From contig CAWHEU010000011.1 of assembly GCA_963828465.1 (NCBI GenBank), positions 1-49,095 on the forward strand: a stretch of DNA of 49,095 bases. The letters are read 5' to 3'. The DNA comes from an uncultured Acidobacteriota bacterium (GTDB taxonomy: Bacteria > Actinomycetota > Acidimicrobiia > Spongiisociales > ZC4RG35). Position numbers and translations under genes: made by a program. Below, one piece after another: positions 48,982 to 49,095 of the stretch; the first letter of the stretch is position 1; each line of letters starts with the position of its first letter. The notes under the pieces are model-generated. The model made no database searches. It saw only the letters and a list, made by a program, of their open reading frames with translations, and was not told the origin of the DNA.

Positions 48982-49095
48982 CCGTCCACTTGTGGGTGTC
49001 GGCGTGGTCCGAGTCGATGATGACGGTCGGATCCTCCTCATCCAACGCGGCCATGAGCCATCGAAGGGGCTTTGGGCCGTGCCGGGCGGAAAGGT
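48968..49095 (+). CDS. NUDIX hydrolase, N-terminal part (runs off window end)
   Basis: RPLVGVGVV...GRILLIQRGHEPSKGLWAVPGGK leading into a Nudix box. Confidence 0.8.
   Translation, partial: MTSVDRPLVGVGVVRVDDDGRILLIQRGHEPSKGLWAVPGGK

Overview
High-GC actinobacterial chromosome segment. Gene content and order suggest an Acidimicrobiia-like organism, which is an inference. The backbone runs coaE-uvrB ... uvrA ... uvrC-rapZ-yvcK-pgk-tpiA-gpmA-secG-tRNA-Leu(GAG), followed by a short accessory block. A complete Pup-proteasome locus comes next (trmI-arc-dop-pup-prcB-prcA-pafA-pafB-pafC), then tatB/tatC, a HelY-type helicase, a lipid kinase and several frameshifted genes at the right edge. A cell-surface glycan locus is interleaved between the uvr genes. 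It contains GT2s, a GT87-like enzyme, three paralogous HDG-motif membrane proteins, amino-sugar enzymes, an ATP-grasp protein, methyltransferases, an MBOAT/SGNH pair and UDP-glucuronate decarboxylase. The most notable non-obvious signals are: (1) a ~177-nt structured 5' leader in front of a protein that starts with a short basic helical peptide, a candidate RNA-protein regulatory module; (2) PafBC-type (RecA-NDp) promoter motifs at uvrB, uvrC and possibly the proteasome operon, with a LexA box at uvrA; (3) a 620-bp near-identical block shared by two tandem paralogs; (4) a displaced, decayed copy of part of the uvrA 3' region bounding the MBOAT/SGNH cassette; (5) a tandem copy of the tRNA 3' end; (6) sigma28/WhiG-like -10 motifs before the glycan genes; and (7) unannotated 31-aa and 51-aa ORFs. 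All family assignments come from motif recognition by eye, and no searches were run.
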